A DNA stretch of 16,985 nt from Methanobacteriota archaeon (GTDB lineage: Archaea; Methanobacteriota; Methanobacteria; Methanobacteriales; Methanobacteriaceae), in the NCBI GenBank assembly GCA_016874685.1, contig VGTM01000033.1, positions 1 to 16,985 on the forward strand. Reading direction: 5' to 3'. The notes beneath the pieces are model-generated. The model was not told the DNA's origin. It did not search any database and saw only the letters and a list, made by a program, of their open reading frames with translations. This document shows, one piece after another, positions 8,732 through 16,773 of this stretch. The stretch's first letter is position 1. Each line of letters begins with the position of its first letter. The position numbers and the translations under genes were made by a program.

Positions 8732-8940
8732 ATTTAGGCTCTGTAGAAATCCTCATCAAAAGTTGATGATGAAAGTATAATGCTTTGAAATATTTGTGAT
8801 TATAAGACCATAAAGATGTTTTAGCACTCTGAATGCATAGATAAGCTTTAATAGATATTTTTCCGACCAAAACATCTATAGATCATCTTACTTGATAATA
8901 ACTTATGTACAAATTTGCATGTTTTCTACAGAGCCTAAAT
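8732..8940. mobile_element. MITE-like non-autonomous element, copy A (~209 bp, 18-bp terminal inverted repeats ATTTAGGCTCTGTAGAAA)
   Basis: The left end atttaggctctgtagaaa is the exact reverse complement of the right end tttctacagagcctaaat. It has no coding capacity. It has internal inverted repeats (TCATCAA-aag-TTGATGA, and AGATGTTTT...AAAACATCT). A second, about 97% identical copy is at 12888-13096. Confidence 0.7.
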
Positions 8941-8944
8941 GAAT

Positions 8945-9403
8945 TCAGATCTTTTCAATATACACTGCTTTAATTAATGGTACAACTGTGTTTTTGGGTA
9001 AGTCTTCTTGTGACGTAGATGGGCCGTATTCTCCATAGACCTCTATTTTATCTCCTTCTTTGTAGGGTATTCGTGTTGAGTAGGTTACTAGAATGTATGG
9101 GTTGGGTGATAGTTCAGGGACTTTAAGCTCAATGTCAGTGGTGTTATCAAAGTTTTCTCTTATCTTTAGTATTTCACCTTTCACTTTAACTCTCTGTCCT
9201 AATGATTTATCAGAAATCATAGATACGTTCAGTTCACTGCAAGAAGCTTTATACGCTGAAACATTATCTTCTGAAACAGTGGGTAAACAAATATCACTTC
9301 TCTCCACCTCACCTCCTACAAATCCAAACATTACTATGTAACCTATAAAACCTGCCGCCACTGTTATTAGTAGTACTGCTAGAACTTTACTCAATTTCTC
9401 CAT
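8945..9403 (-). CDS. Small membrane-anchored protein, paralog 1 of 3 (N-terminal TM/signal anchor plus ~120-aa extracytoplasmic domain with OB-fold-like profile)
   Basis: GGAGGAG RBS before ATG 9403. N-terminus MEKLSKVLAVLLITVAAGFIGYIVMF. Conserved core VKVKGEIL...IELKVPELSP.PYILV.YS..IP.KEGD.I.VYG.Y shared with 10374-10856 and 10890-11372. Confidence 0.65.
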   Translation of the reverse strand: MEKLSKVLAVLLITVAAGFIGYIVMFGFVGGEVERSDICLPTVSEDNVSAYKASCSELNVSMISDKSLGQRVKVKGEILKIRENFDNTTDIELKVPELSPNPYILVTYSTRIPYKEGDKIEVYGEYGPSTSQEDLPKNTVVPLIKAVYIEKI

Positions 9404-9443
9404 TATACTCCTCCAATAAATTTATTTGATATGAAAACTTTCT

Positions 9444-10140
9444 TCAGCATTCCAAAGGTCTAGTGAGGGAGCCATTCCAAGACCATTCCCAAACCCAGTC
9501 ATAATGCCATTCTGTCACATAAGCATATACCCAACGAAGAACTCTTCTCAATTCTACTTTACTCGGTTTACCCCTATACCGCTTTGTTACTACATACTCA
9601 CGTACATACATCTGTATCCAAGTCCAGTGCCCCCCATAATGCTGTACTTTCACCCATAATTTGCCCTTAACACTCTGCATTTCTTCATCGGTTAGAGTTC
9701 TGTTATCTGAATGCACCTTAGTTGAATTTATATTTGTTGTGTCAGTTACGGATTCTGACGATGTTGTATTTCCATTGATTTGATTTGTTTGATTATTTGC
9801 TTGATCTGTAGTTCCATTAACTTGTGTTGAATTATTAGGATCATTTATAACCAGTGCATATCCGCTGTAAACCTCAGCAAACTTCTCTCTGCTCATATCA
9901 ATGTTCCCTAGGGAGGGATCTGCCAGTTTAACGCTTTCATTTGTTATTTCTCTTACGACGCTGTAGTGTGGTCCGCCATCGATGGTTACATACACTATGT
10001 TGTTCTTTTTAAGCTCCTCTATTGACAGTTTCATGCCAACCGCATTTAAATCTTTAGCCTTGGCTGCTTCTGCCAATCGTACATTGTTGTCCAGTTTTCA
10101 TCTGTTCCCCCGACATTGGCAAATTTCCGTTATGTTATAT
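9444..10140 (-). pseudogene. 5'-truncated, frameshifted duplicate of the C39-like peptidase gene (retains the region after the catalytic Cys plus the W/Y-rich tail)
   Basis: The ORF 9444-10076 (TTG start) aligns with residues about 190-400 of the 402-aa protein. Nucleotide identity is about 90% over 9895-10010 versus 11950-12070. Upstream in another frame reads GTDENWTTMY (the intact copy has GTDENGTTMYGLVEAAKAK). A 1-nt deletion near 10079 breaks the frame, and the N-terminal signal peptide, linker and CGPAALA catalytic motif are absent. Confidence 0.65.
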
Positions 10141-10373
10141 TGACTTCAAAGTTGTTTAAGACTGTTTTAAGTGCTGCAGGTCTCAAGTTTAAAAAGTTAA
10201 TTGCATACACTTTTTCTATTATCTGAACCCTTATTGTGTCATTTGGATTTTTATGTGCTCTTAGAGATTATAATTTTTACAAAATGTGATTTATCCAATA
10301 ATTATTCCGGAATTACATTTATAAAATCATTAACTTCTTTAAAAAATAAATAAATTATGAAAATGGTTTATTT

Positions 10374-10856
10374 TTATGTTTTTTCTATGTATGCGGCTTT
10401 GATAGCGGATAAATCTTTGTTTGCCAATTCTTGTGATGATTGAGTTCCTACAGGAAATTCATATACTCCATATACTGTTATCATGTCGCCTTCTTTGAAG
10501 GGGATGGTTGCTGAGTAACTGACAAGAATGTGATGGTATGGTGAGAGTTCTGGAACTTTAAGTTCAATGTATGTTCTTGTTTTGTCAAATTGCATATATT
10601 CTTCTTTTTTTTGTATTTGGCCTTTTACTTTGACTTTTTGTCCGTTTAGAGCTTTGAAATCTTTAGATAATTCAGATAGGTTAATTTCGGTGCAGGAATT
10701 TTTATATGATGAAATATTGGCTTCTCCTGTAACAGCGGGTACATAAAAATCGCTTTCCTTACCTTCAAAAGTAAAAGGTATTCCAAATATTACATAAGCA
10801 AAAGCAGCTACTACTATAATTAGTATTACTGCCAGAACTTTACTCAATTTCTCCAT
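10374..10856 (-). CDS. Small membrane-anchored protein, paralog 2 of 3 (OB-fold-like extracytoplasmic domain)
   Basis: GGAGGT RBS 7 nt before ATG 10856. It shares the N-terminus MEKLSKVLAV with paralog 1 and the core EGKESD.Y.PAVTGE.NIS.YKNSCT..NLS...VKVKG.I..KEEY.QFDKTRT.I.LKVP.LSP with paralog 3. Confidence 0.7.
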   Translation of the reverse strand: MEKLSKVLAVILIIVVAAFAYVIFGIPFTFEGKESDFYVPAVTGEANISSYKNSCTEINLSELSKDFKALNGQKVKVKGQIQKKEEYMQFDKTRTYIELKVPELSPYHHILVSYSATIPFKEGDMITVYGVYEFPVGTQSSQELANKDLSAIKAAYIEKT

Positions 10857-10889
10857 TACAAAACCTCCAATAAAAAAATATGATTATTT

Positions 10890-11372
10890 TCACTTCTTTT
10901 CTATGTACCCTGCTTTAATACAGGGAAAAAATTTGTTTGCTATCTCTGGTGGTGCATCAGTTCCTCCTGGGTAATAATATTTTCCATAAACCGTTATCAT
11001 ATCGCCCTGTGTGAATGTAAGTGTCCCAGAGTAACTGACAAGAATGTAAGGGTCGGGTGAAAGTCCTGGGACTTTAAGTACTATAGATGTTCTTGTTTTG
11101 TCAAATTGTACATACTCTTTTTTTTCTAGTATTTCACCTGTCACTTTTACATTTTTATCAATTAATGAAAAAGGATCTTTTGATACTTGAGATAAGTTAA
11201 GTTTAGTGCAGGAATTTTTATATGCTGAAATATTGTCTTCTCCTGTAACAGCAGGTGCATAATAATCGCTCTCCTTACCTTCAAAAGACAGCCCAAAAAT
11301 TTGAATATAACCTATAAAACTTACTGCTGCTATTATTAGTAGTACTACTGAAATTTTTATTTTTTTATTCAT
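10890..11372 (-). CDS. Small membrane-anchored protein, paralog 3 of 3 (OB-fold-like extracytoplasmic domain)
   Basis: GGTGA RBS before ATG 11372. It is 160 aa and shares about 60% identity with paralog 2 over the ectodomain. Confidence 0.7.
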   Translation of the reverse strand: MNKKIKISVVLLIIAAVSFIGYIQIFGLSFEGKESDYYAPAVTGEDNISAYKNSCTKLNLSQVSKDPFSLIDKNVKVTGEILEKKEYVQFDKTRTSIVLKVPGLSPDPYILVSYSGTLTFTQGDMITVYGKYYYPGGTDAPPEIANKFFPCIKAGYIEKK

Positions 11373-11513
11373 TCTATCACCATTTTAATTTAAAAAGTTA
11401 AAAAAAGATATAAACTACTGTTATTTAAGTTTATAACTCTTCAACTAAAGGTATCTGATGTTAGTAGGTAAACCACTATACATATTTCCCCTTGCTAACC
11501 CCTAAAATGGCCA

Positions 11514-12722
11514 TTAACCATAATATGGCCATGGAGGAGTAAAGAATCCAACATAATTCCAAGGCAATGTCCAACACCAAATTCTCACTACATGCCATCC
11601 ATATATTTTCCTATACCATCCCCATTTTTGATACCAACCCTCATGCCTATAAAACAGCCAAGCAGTACTTGATCCTTTAACAGTACCTGCGGGAAATATA
11701 TGTGTGTGTCGTCCATATTTCCACTCATACCAGCTCCAAAACCATCCTTTTACCCATACAGGTATCAAAGCGTGTTTTCCTTTAATATTCTGCATCTCTT
11801 CGTCAATCAGAATTTTACTGTTATCTGCCTGCACATTAGTTGAATTTGTATCTGTTTCATTCTTTGTTTGTTCTGTAGTTCCATTAACTTCTGTTGAATT
11901 ATTAGGATCAGTTATAACCAACGCATTCCCACTATAAGCCGCAGTAAAATCTTCTCTACTCATTTCAATGTTCCCTAGGGAGGGATCTGCCAGTTTAACG
12001 CTTTCATTTGTTACTTCCCTTACCACGCTGTAATGTGGCCCGCCATCGATTGTCACAAACACTATGTTATTGGGTTTAAGATCATCTACTAATAACTTCA
12101 TACCAACACCATTAAAACCTTTTGCTTTTGCTGCTTCAACTAACCCATACATTGTTGTTCCGTTCTCATCTGTTCCGGCTAAAGTTGCTAGTTCTTGTTC
12201 TGTTGTGTTGATTCCCAGGTTATTTAGTACTGTTGCAAGGGCTGCTGGTCCGCAGGTATGATTGGTTGACTGCATCACAATACCCGTTGTGTCTATTTGT
12301 GGAATTGTCTCATTTTCAGCCACCGTTGTATCATTCTCAAGATTAATATTTAAATCCGGGATTTGCACATCTTCTGTAACTTGATCATTCACGACTGGCG
12401 TAGAATTATCATTTGTCGTTGTATCTGGTTCTGTAACTGCATTTGGTGTTTCAATTGCAGTATTTTGCTCTGTAGCTGTGTTTGACATGTCTGCTGTCAT
12501 ATTAGCTACTTCAATATTTGTTTCAGTTTGTCCATCCTCAACCTGCTCAGTTATCTGAGATGCAGCCTCTGCATCAACACCTTTTCCTTTAACATCCATT
12601 GGATCAAGTGTTTGGAAATTGGCGGAAGCTGCAACAGCACATGCTGGTGATAATCCCATGATCAAAGCCACCAGCATGATGGCTGCCACTGTTTTGGTAT
12701 TAACTTTCTTCAATTTTATCAC
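11514..12722 (-). CDS. Secreted C39-like cysteine peptidase domain protein with T/N/E-rich linker and Trp/Tyr-rich C-terminal tail
   Basis: Sec-type signal peptide (MIKLKKVNTKTVAAIMLVALIMGLSPACAVAASA). The low-complexity linker is rich in N-x-T/S sequons. The C39-like catalytic signature is QSTNHTCGPAALATVLNNLG (Cys) with a downstream DGGPHYSVV (His). The last ~85 aa are about 30% W/Y/F. The start is GTG 12722 or TTG 12713, with an AGGGGTGA RBS. Confidence 0.75.
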   Translation of the reverse strand: MIKLKKVNTKTVAAIMLVALIMGLSPACAVAASANFQTLDPMDVKGKGVDAEAASQITEQVEDGQTETNIEVANMTADMSNTATEQNTAIETPNAVTEPDTTTNDNSTPVVNDQVTEDVQIPDLNINLENDTTVAENETIPQIDTTGIVMQSTNHTCGPAALATVLNNLGINTTEQELATLAGTDENGTTMYGLVEAAKAKGFNGVGMKLLVDDLKPNNIVFVTIDGGPHYSVVREVTNESVKLADPSLGNIEMSREDFTAAYSGNALVITDPNNSTEVNGTTEQTKNETDTNSTNVQADNSKILIDEEMQNIKGKHALIPVWVKGWFWSWYEWKYGRHTHIFPAGTVKGSSTAWLFYRHEGWYQKWGWYRKIYGWHVVRIWCWTLPWNYVGFFTPPWPYYG

Positions 12723-12887
12723 CCCTTATGGGTGATATATTTGCTGCAATATAAATATTACTATTATTTATTATTATATTACAAAAGCAATATTGCTCTG
12801 GGAAGACAATATTGTTCTAAAAGCACAAACCATGATTTTATAGTAAGAATTAATTGAAATTAGATAAAATAAAAGATTACTTATCAA

Positions 12888-13096
12888 ATTATGGCTCTGT
12901 AGAAATCCTCATCAAAAGTTGATGATGAAAGTATAATACTTTGAAATATTCGTGATTATAAGACCATAAAGATGTTTTAGCACTCTGAATGCATAGATAA
13001 GCTTTAATAGATATTTTTCCGACCAAAACACCTATAGATCATCTTACTTGATAATAACTTATGTACAAATTTGCATGTTTTCTACAGAGCCTAAAT
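12888..13096. mobile_element. MITE-like non-autonomous element, copy B (same orientation as copy A)
   Basis: ggctctgtagaaa...tttctacagagcctaaat is about 97% identical to 8732-8940, with about 5 substitutions including one that weakens the left TIR (at versus ta). Confidence 0.7.
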
Positions 13097-13140
13097 TTAA
13101 ATATACAGAAAAAAGAGGTAGTTAAGGTATTAATTGGATA

Positions 13141-14097
13141 TTAGGGTACAATCACTGTTAAGTTATTCATGTGCCAAGTGGAACCTAAAAAATCATAATA
13201 AGTTATGTTCCACTGAGGTGAATTGGAAGTGGCGTCAATACAGGTGAAATATGCATCCCACCTGAAGTTTTCAACTTCTGGGAGATTATCTGCAATTTTT
13301 ATCGTGTTTTTGGCTGATTCATAGGAACCATTTTGAACTGTAATAAATTTGAAGGTCCCAATGTCCTGCCTACGATTTTCAATAGCATTGTACTCTAGGG
13401 CATGGTATTGCTGATTTTTAAAATCAGTACCCACAACATTCCAAACAAACATATCAGAAGTTGGATAGGCTGATATTTCAGTGTAGTTTCCATTAAAAGA
13501 TACACTTTCTGTTTGAAGGATAGTGAATTTCTCGTAACCTCTTATACCTCCAAATGAGACTAAGAGAACGATAAAAACTGCCATAGCAACTTTTTTATAT
13601 TTCCAATTTATTTTTAGGTAAATAATGAACAGTACAACCGCACCAACAGCCAACGTGATAGAATCAAGGTAGTAATATATTTCGGCACTGTATCTGGTGA
13701 TTGTGAAGGGATAAAGCAGTGGAATACCTTTGCTGGTCAAAAAATCAAGTACTAAGTGAGTTAAAGCCCCGAAACATGCTATAAAACCTACTGTCATTGC
13801 ATTACTTTTATTAAACTCCAGATTTATATCACGTTTTATAACATAACCAATGGATCTTTTAACTGGTTTTCGAGATAGGATGTAGATAAAAATAAGGGAT
13901 GTAATAAAACCAAGAATAAAAGAATGAGTAATTCCTCGATGGCTGAAGATGAAATATTCAGGGAAGAGTATTCCAATCCACACAATAAGAAAATCAAAAT
14001 CGAGTGAAATACCTCCAAATGCTCCAGCAAGTTTATTTTTACTTTTTAGAATAGTTAAAATGATGTATGGAACTAGAAAATGTGTTATTATATCCAT
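13141..14097 (-). CDS. Membrane-bound metal-dependent hydrolase, YdjM/DUF457-like, with extra C-terminal extracytoplasmic domain
   Basis: The N-terminus MDIITHFLVPYII and the motifs HRGITHS and THLVLDFLT resemble the YdjM family. There are multiple TM segments and a C-terminal ~140-aa polar domain with N-glycosylation sequons. Confidence 0.6.
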   Translation of the reverse strand: MDIITHFLVPYIILTILKSKNKLAGAFGGISLDFDFLIVWIGILFPEYFIFSHRGITHSFILGFITSLIFIYILSRKPVKRSIGYVIKRDINLEFNKSNAMTVGFIACFGALTHLVLDFLTSKGIPLLYPFTITRYSAEIYYYLDSITLAVGAVVLFIIYLKINWKYKKVAMAVFIVLLVSFGGIRGYEKFTILQTESVSFNGNYTEISAYPTSDMFVWNVVGTDFKNQQYHALEYNAIENRRQDIGTFKFITVQNGSYESAKNTIKIADNLPEVENFRWDAYFTCIDATSNSPQWNITYYDFLGSTWHMNNLTVIVP

Positions 14098-14331
14098 TTT
14101 ATTTTTACCTGATTAATTGGTTTTTTTGAGTGTTATAATGTTACCCAAGCATATATTAAATTAATTAATTTTCGGTTTTTTGTAGCTAACTAATGTATCA
14201 TATATTTTTGAATTTTTTTGTATATCAAAATGGATTTTAAATCCAATTGTTGAATAAATGATTTATCTAGTTTTAATGAAAGACAGTTCCATGATTATTA
14301 ATAAATCAAAAAAATAAAAAAATGGAGGGAC

Positions 14332-15099
14332 TTATTTTAGTACCTCTGCTTCTATGAATTCTTTGATGTCTTTGATCGTAGCCATAAACTGGGCAGGGAA
14401 TAATATGGTTGAATTTTTCTCTGCCGCTATCTCAAGGAGCACCTGTAAATTACGTAGTTGAAGTGCCACTGGATGTGCAGCTATTATATCTGCAGCTTCA
14501 CCAAGTTTTGAAGCAGACAGATATTCACCCTCAGCAGCGATTATCTTAGCTCTTTTCTCTCTTTCTGATTCGGCTTGTTTTGCCATTGATCTTCGCATAG
14601 TGTCAGGTAACTTTATGTCTTTGATCTCCACAGCTGTAACCTTTATTCCCCATGGTTCACTGTGTTCATCTATTATTTCTTTGATCTTATCGTTTATTTT
14701 ATTGGTTGAACTTAAAACGTCATCTAAGAGAAATTGTCCAATGACATTTCTTACTGTGGTCTGTGAAATCTGATTAACTGCTCTGTTGTAATTTTCGATT
14801 ATAACCACAGCATTATATGGATCTATCACTTTAAAATAGGCAACAGCAGCCACATCGATTGAAACATTGTCCTGTGTTATAATCTTTTGGGATGGAATAG
14901 GCATGGTAACGATTCTCAACGATACTTTGACCATTCTATCGACCAAGGGTATTATAAGTCGAAGACCTGGATCTCTGACTCCTATAACCTTACCCAGCCG
15001 AAAAACCACTCCTCTTTCATACTGGTTTACTATACGTATGGACAGTCCTAAAACAATCAAAACTATTATGCCCAAAAAAATGAGCGTAAATATATCCAT
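14332..15099 (-). CDS. SPFH/band 7 (stomatin/prohibitin-like) membrane protein
   Basis: N-terminal TM helix, then [16 protein letters not shown]...[12 protein letters not shown] and the classic SPFH core, then a coiled-coil [27 protein letters not shown] 7 nt before ATG 15099. Confidence 0.85.
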   Translation of the reverse strand: MDIFTLIFLGIIVLIVLGLSIRIVNQYERGVVFRLGKVIGVRDPGLRLIIPLVDRMVKVSLRIVTMPIPSQKIITQDNVSIDVAAVAYFKVIDPYNAVVIIENYNRAVNQISQTTVRNVIGQFLLDDVLSSTNKINDKIKEIIDEHSEPWGIKVTAVEIKDIKLPDTMRRSMAKQAESEREKRAKIIAAEGEYLSASKLGEAADIIAAHPVALQLRNLQVLLEIAAEKNSTILFPAQFMATIKDIKEFIEAEVLK

Positions 15100-15202
15100 A
15101 TTTTCAACCTCCAATAAGATTTTCTAATTTTTTTTTATCAGAGTTTATATATCCGTTTTAAGATATAATTCTTTAGGATCAATAGGTTATTTGGGTGTAA
15201 GC

Positions 15203-15685
15203 ATGATAGGAATAATGTCAGATACGCATGATAATCTGGATGCCATCCGAAAAGCTGTCGATTTTTTCAATAAAGAAGGAGTGGATCAGGTAATACATGC
15301 AGGAGATCTAATAGCTCCATTTACTGTTAAAGAATTTGAAAAACTCCAAACCGAGTTCATGGCTATTTTTGGAAATAATGATGGAGAAAGAGATGGTTTA
15401 AGAACAGCTTATAAAGATATATGCATACTTGAAGATTTTAAAGAATTTGATGTTGGAGGAAATAAAATTGGAGTTATTCACGGTACCAATGAGGCTATTG
15501 TAAATGCAATGGTTAAAAGCGGAAACTATGATATTGTTATAAGGGGGCATACCCATAAACTGAAAATTTTAGAGGAAGAATCGTTAATAATAAATCCGGG
15601 AGAAGTATGTGGATATGTTTCTGGGCAGAAAACTGTTGTTTTACTCGATACACGAGATTTAAGCTATGAAGTTGTAAATTTATAA
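15203..15685 (+). CDS. Metallophosphoesterase, YfcE/MJ0936 family phosphodiesterase
   Basis: [28 protein letters not shown] motifs. Confidence 0.85.
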   Translation: MIGIMSDTHDNLDAIRKAVDFFNKEGVDQVIHAGDLIAPFTVKEFEKLQTEFMAIFGNNDGERDGLRTAYKDICILEDFKEFDVGGNKIGVIHGTNEAIVNAMVKSGNYDIVIRGHTHKLKILEEESLIINPGEVCGYVSGQKTVVLLDTRDLSYEVVNL

Positions 15686-15756
15686 AAACTCATAAAACTA
15701 CGTTTTGAACTTCTAAAATTTTAATAATAAGACAATAAGATCTTTAAAGGGTTTAA

Positions 15757-16773
15757 ATGAAACACAAAGCTTTAATTTTGTTAGCCCTAGGAATTGGAAT
15801 TCTAGTTGTGATGATCTTGTTTATAGGGCCTGCTAAAATTGAAGATGCCATTAAAATGGCAAATCTTTGGTATGTGACCCTAGCAATATTAATCCAGTTT
15901 CTTCTTTATTGTTTGTGGACATATAGATGGTCTATAACAACAAATTCTGTTGGCATATCCATTAAAAAGCGTTATCTATTCCCCATGTTGATGGTGGGAA
16001 TGGCGGCTAACAACATAATTCCCAGTGCAAGGGGAGCTGGAGAACCATTAAGGGCTTATATTTTAAGTAAATATTCAAGAACACCTATTGAAAAATCTTT
16101 CGCAACAGTTATAGCTGATAGAGGGCTTGATATATTTCCTTTCATTTGTTTAGCAATCATAACAATTATTGCAATGGTTTTATATTTTAGTCTATCAAAA
16201 TGGGTAATTTACGCTCTTTTATTATCTGTAATGGTATTGCTTGCTGTTTTTGTTCTAGCTATTTATATGTCACTCAATAAAAAATTTGCAGAAAGAGTCA
16301 GTCCATGGATAGTAAAGATTTTAAATAGATTTTCCCGCAGAAAACGTAATGAAATTGAGAAGAGGGTTATGAAGGCCATAGGCGGATTTCAAGGTAGTTT
16401 GAAAGTCATGGCCAGAGACAGAACTATTCTGGGGTATGGGGTTCCTTTATCTTTCCTAATCTGGTTTATAGAAATATTAAGGGTTTATATAATTTTTTCA
16501 GCTTTTAATGTTGATGTTTCACTTATTATAATTGCAATGGTATTTATTTTTGCCAGTTTAATTGGTCTCATCCCAATTTTTCCAGGGGGTATAGGTGCCA
16601 TTGATGGTCTTATGATTGTTTTTTATTCTTACGCAGGAGTTCCACCCTCTATAAGCGCCGCAGCAACCATTATAGAAAGATTGATATCCTTTTGGATGAC
16701 TACGATAATTGGTATTGCCATCCTTCCTTATTTTGGGGCTGAGGTTTTTGATAGGATTTTCAAGAAGCTTTAA
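15757..16773 (+). CDS. Flippase-like / lysylphosphatidylglycerol-synthase TM-region family membrane protein (UPF0104)
   Basis: 338 aa with about 8 TM helices. It has the characteristic PSARGAGEP loop and a C-terminal PGGIGAIDG motif. Confidence 0.8.
   Translation: MKHKALILLALGIGILVVMILFIGPAKIEDAIKMANLWYVTLAILIQFLLYCLWTYRWSITTNSVGISIKKRYLFPMLMVGMAANNIIPSARGAGEPLRAYILSKYSRTPIEKSFATVIADRGLDIFPFICLAIITIIAMVLYFSLSKWVIYALLLSVMVLLAVFVLAIYMSLNKKFAERVSPWIVKILNRFSRRKRNEIEKRVMKAIGGFQGSLKVMARDRTILGYGVPLSFLIWFIEILRVYIIFSAFNVDVSLIIIAMVFIFASLIGLIPIFPGGIGAIDGLMIVFYSYAGVPPSISAAATIIERLISFWMTTIIGIAILPYFGAEVFDRIFKKL

Noticed and set aside
9093-9341. 82-aa plus-strand ORF
   Set aside because: Antisense within small paralog 1, whose frame is supported by RBS and paralogy.
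8945-11372. Idea that the small proteins are double-glycine-leader bacteriocin precursors processed by the C39-like peptidase
   Set aside because: Only paralog 1 has GG at the end of its hydrophobic N-terminus (FGFVGG). Paralogs 2 and 3 have FEGK there, so a conserved GG cleavage site is not supported. The N-termini look like ordinary signal anchors.
11704-12261. Two plus-strand ORFs (77 and 65 aa)
   Set aside because: Antisense within the C39-like peptidase gene.
8732-13096. Possibility that the two ~209-bp repeats are CRISPR repeats or LTRs
   Set aside because: There are only two copies, they are far longer than CRISPR repeats, they are separated by 3.9 kb of genes, and each copy has its own terminal inverted repeats. 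This fits a MITE or IS end rather than CRISPR or LTR.
13836-14030. 64-aa minus-strand ORF
   Set aside because: Out-of-frame overlap inside the YdjM-like gene.
14867-15127. 86-aa plus-strand ORF
   Set aside because: Antisense to the 5' part of the SPFH gene.
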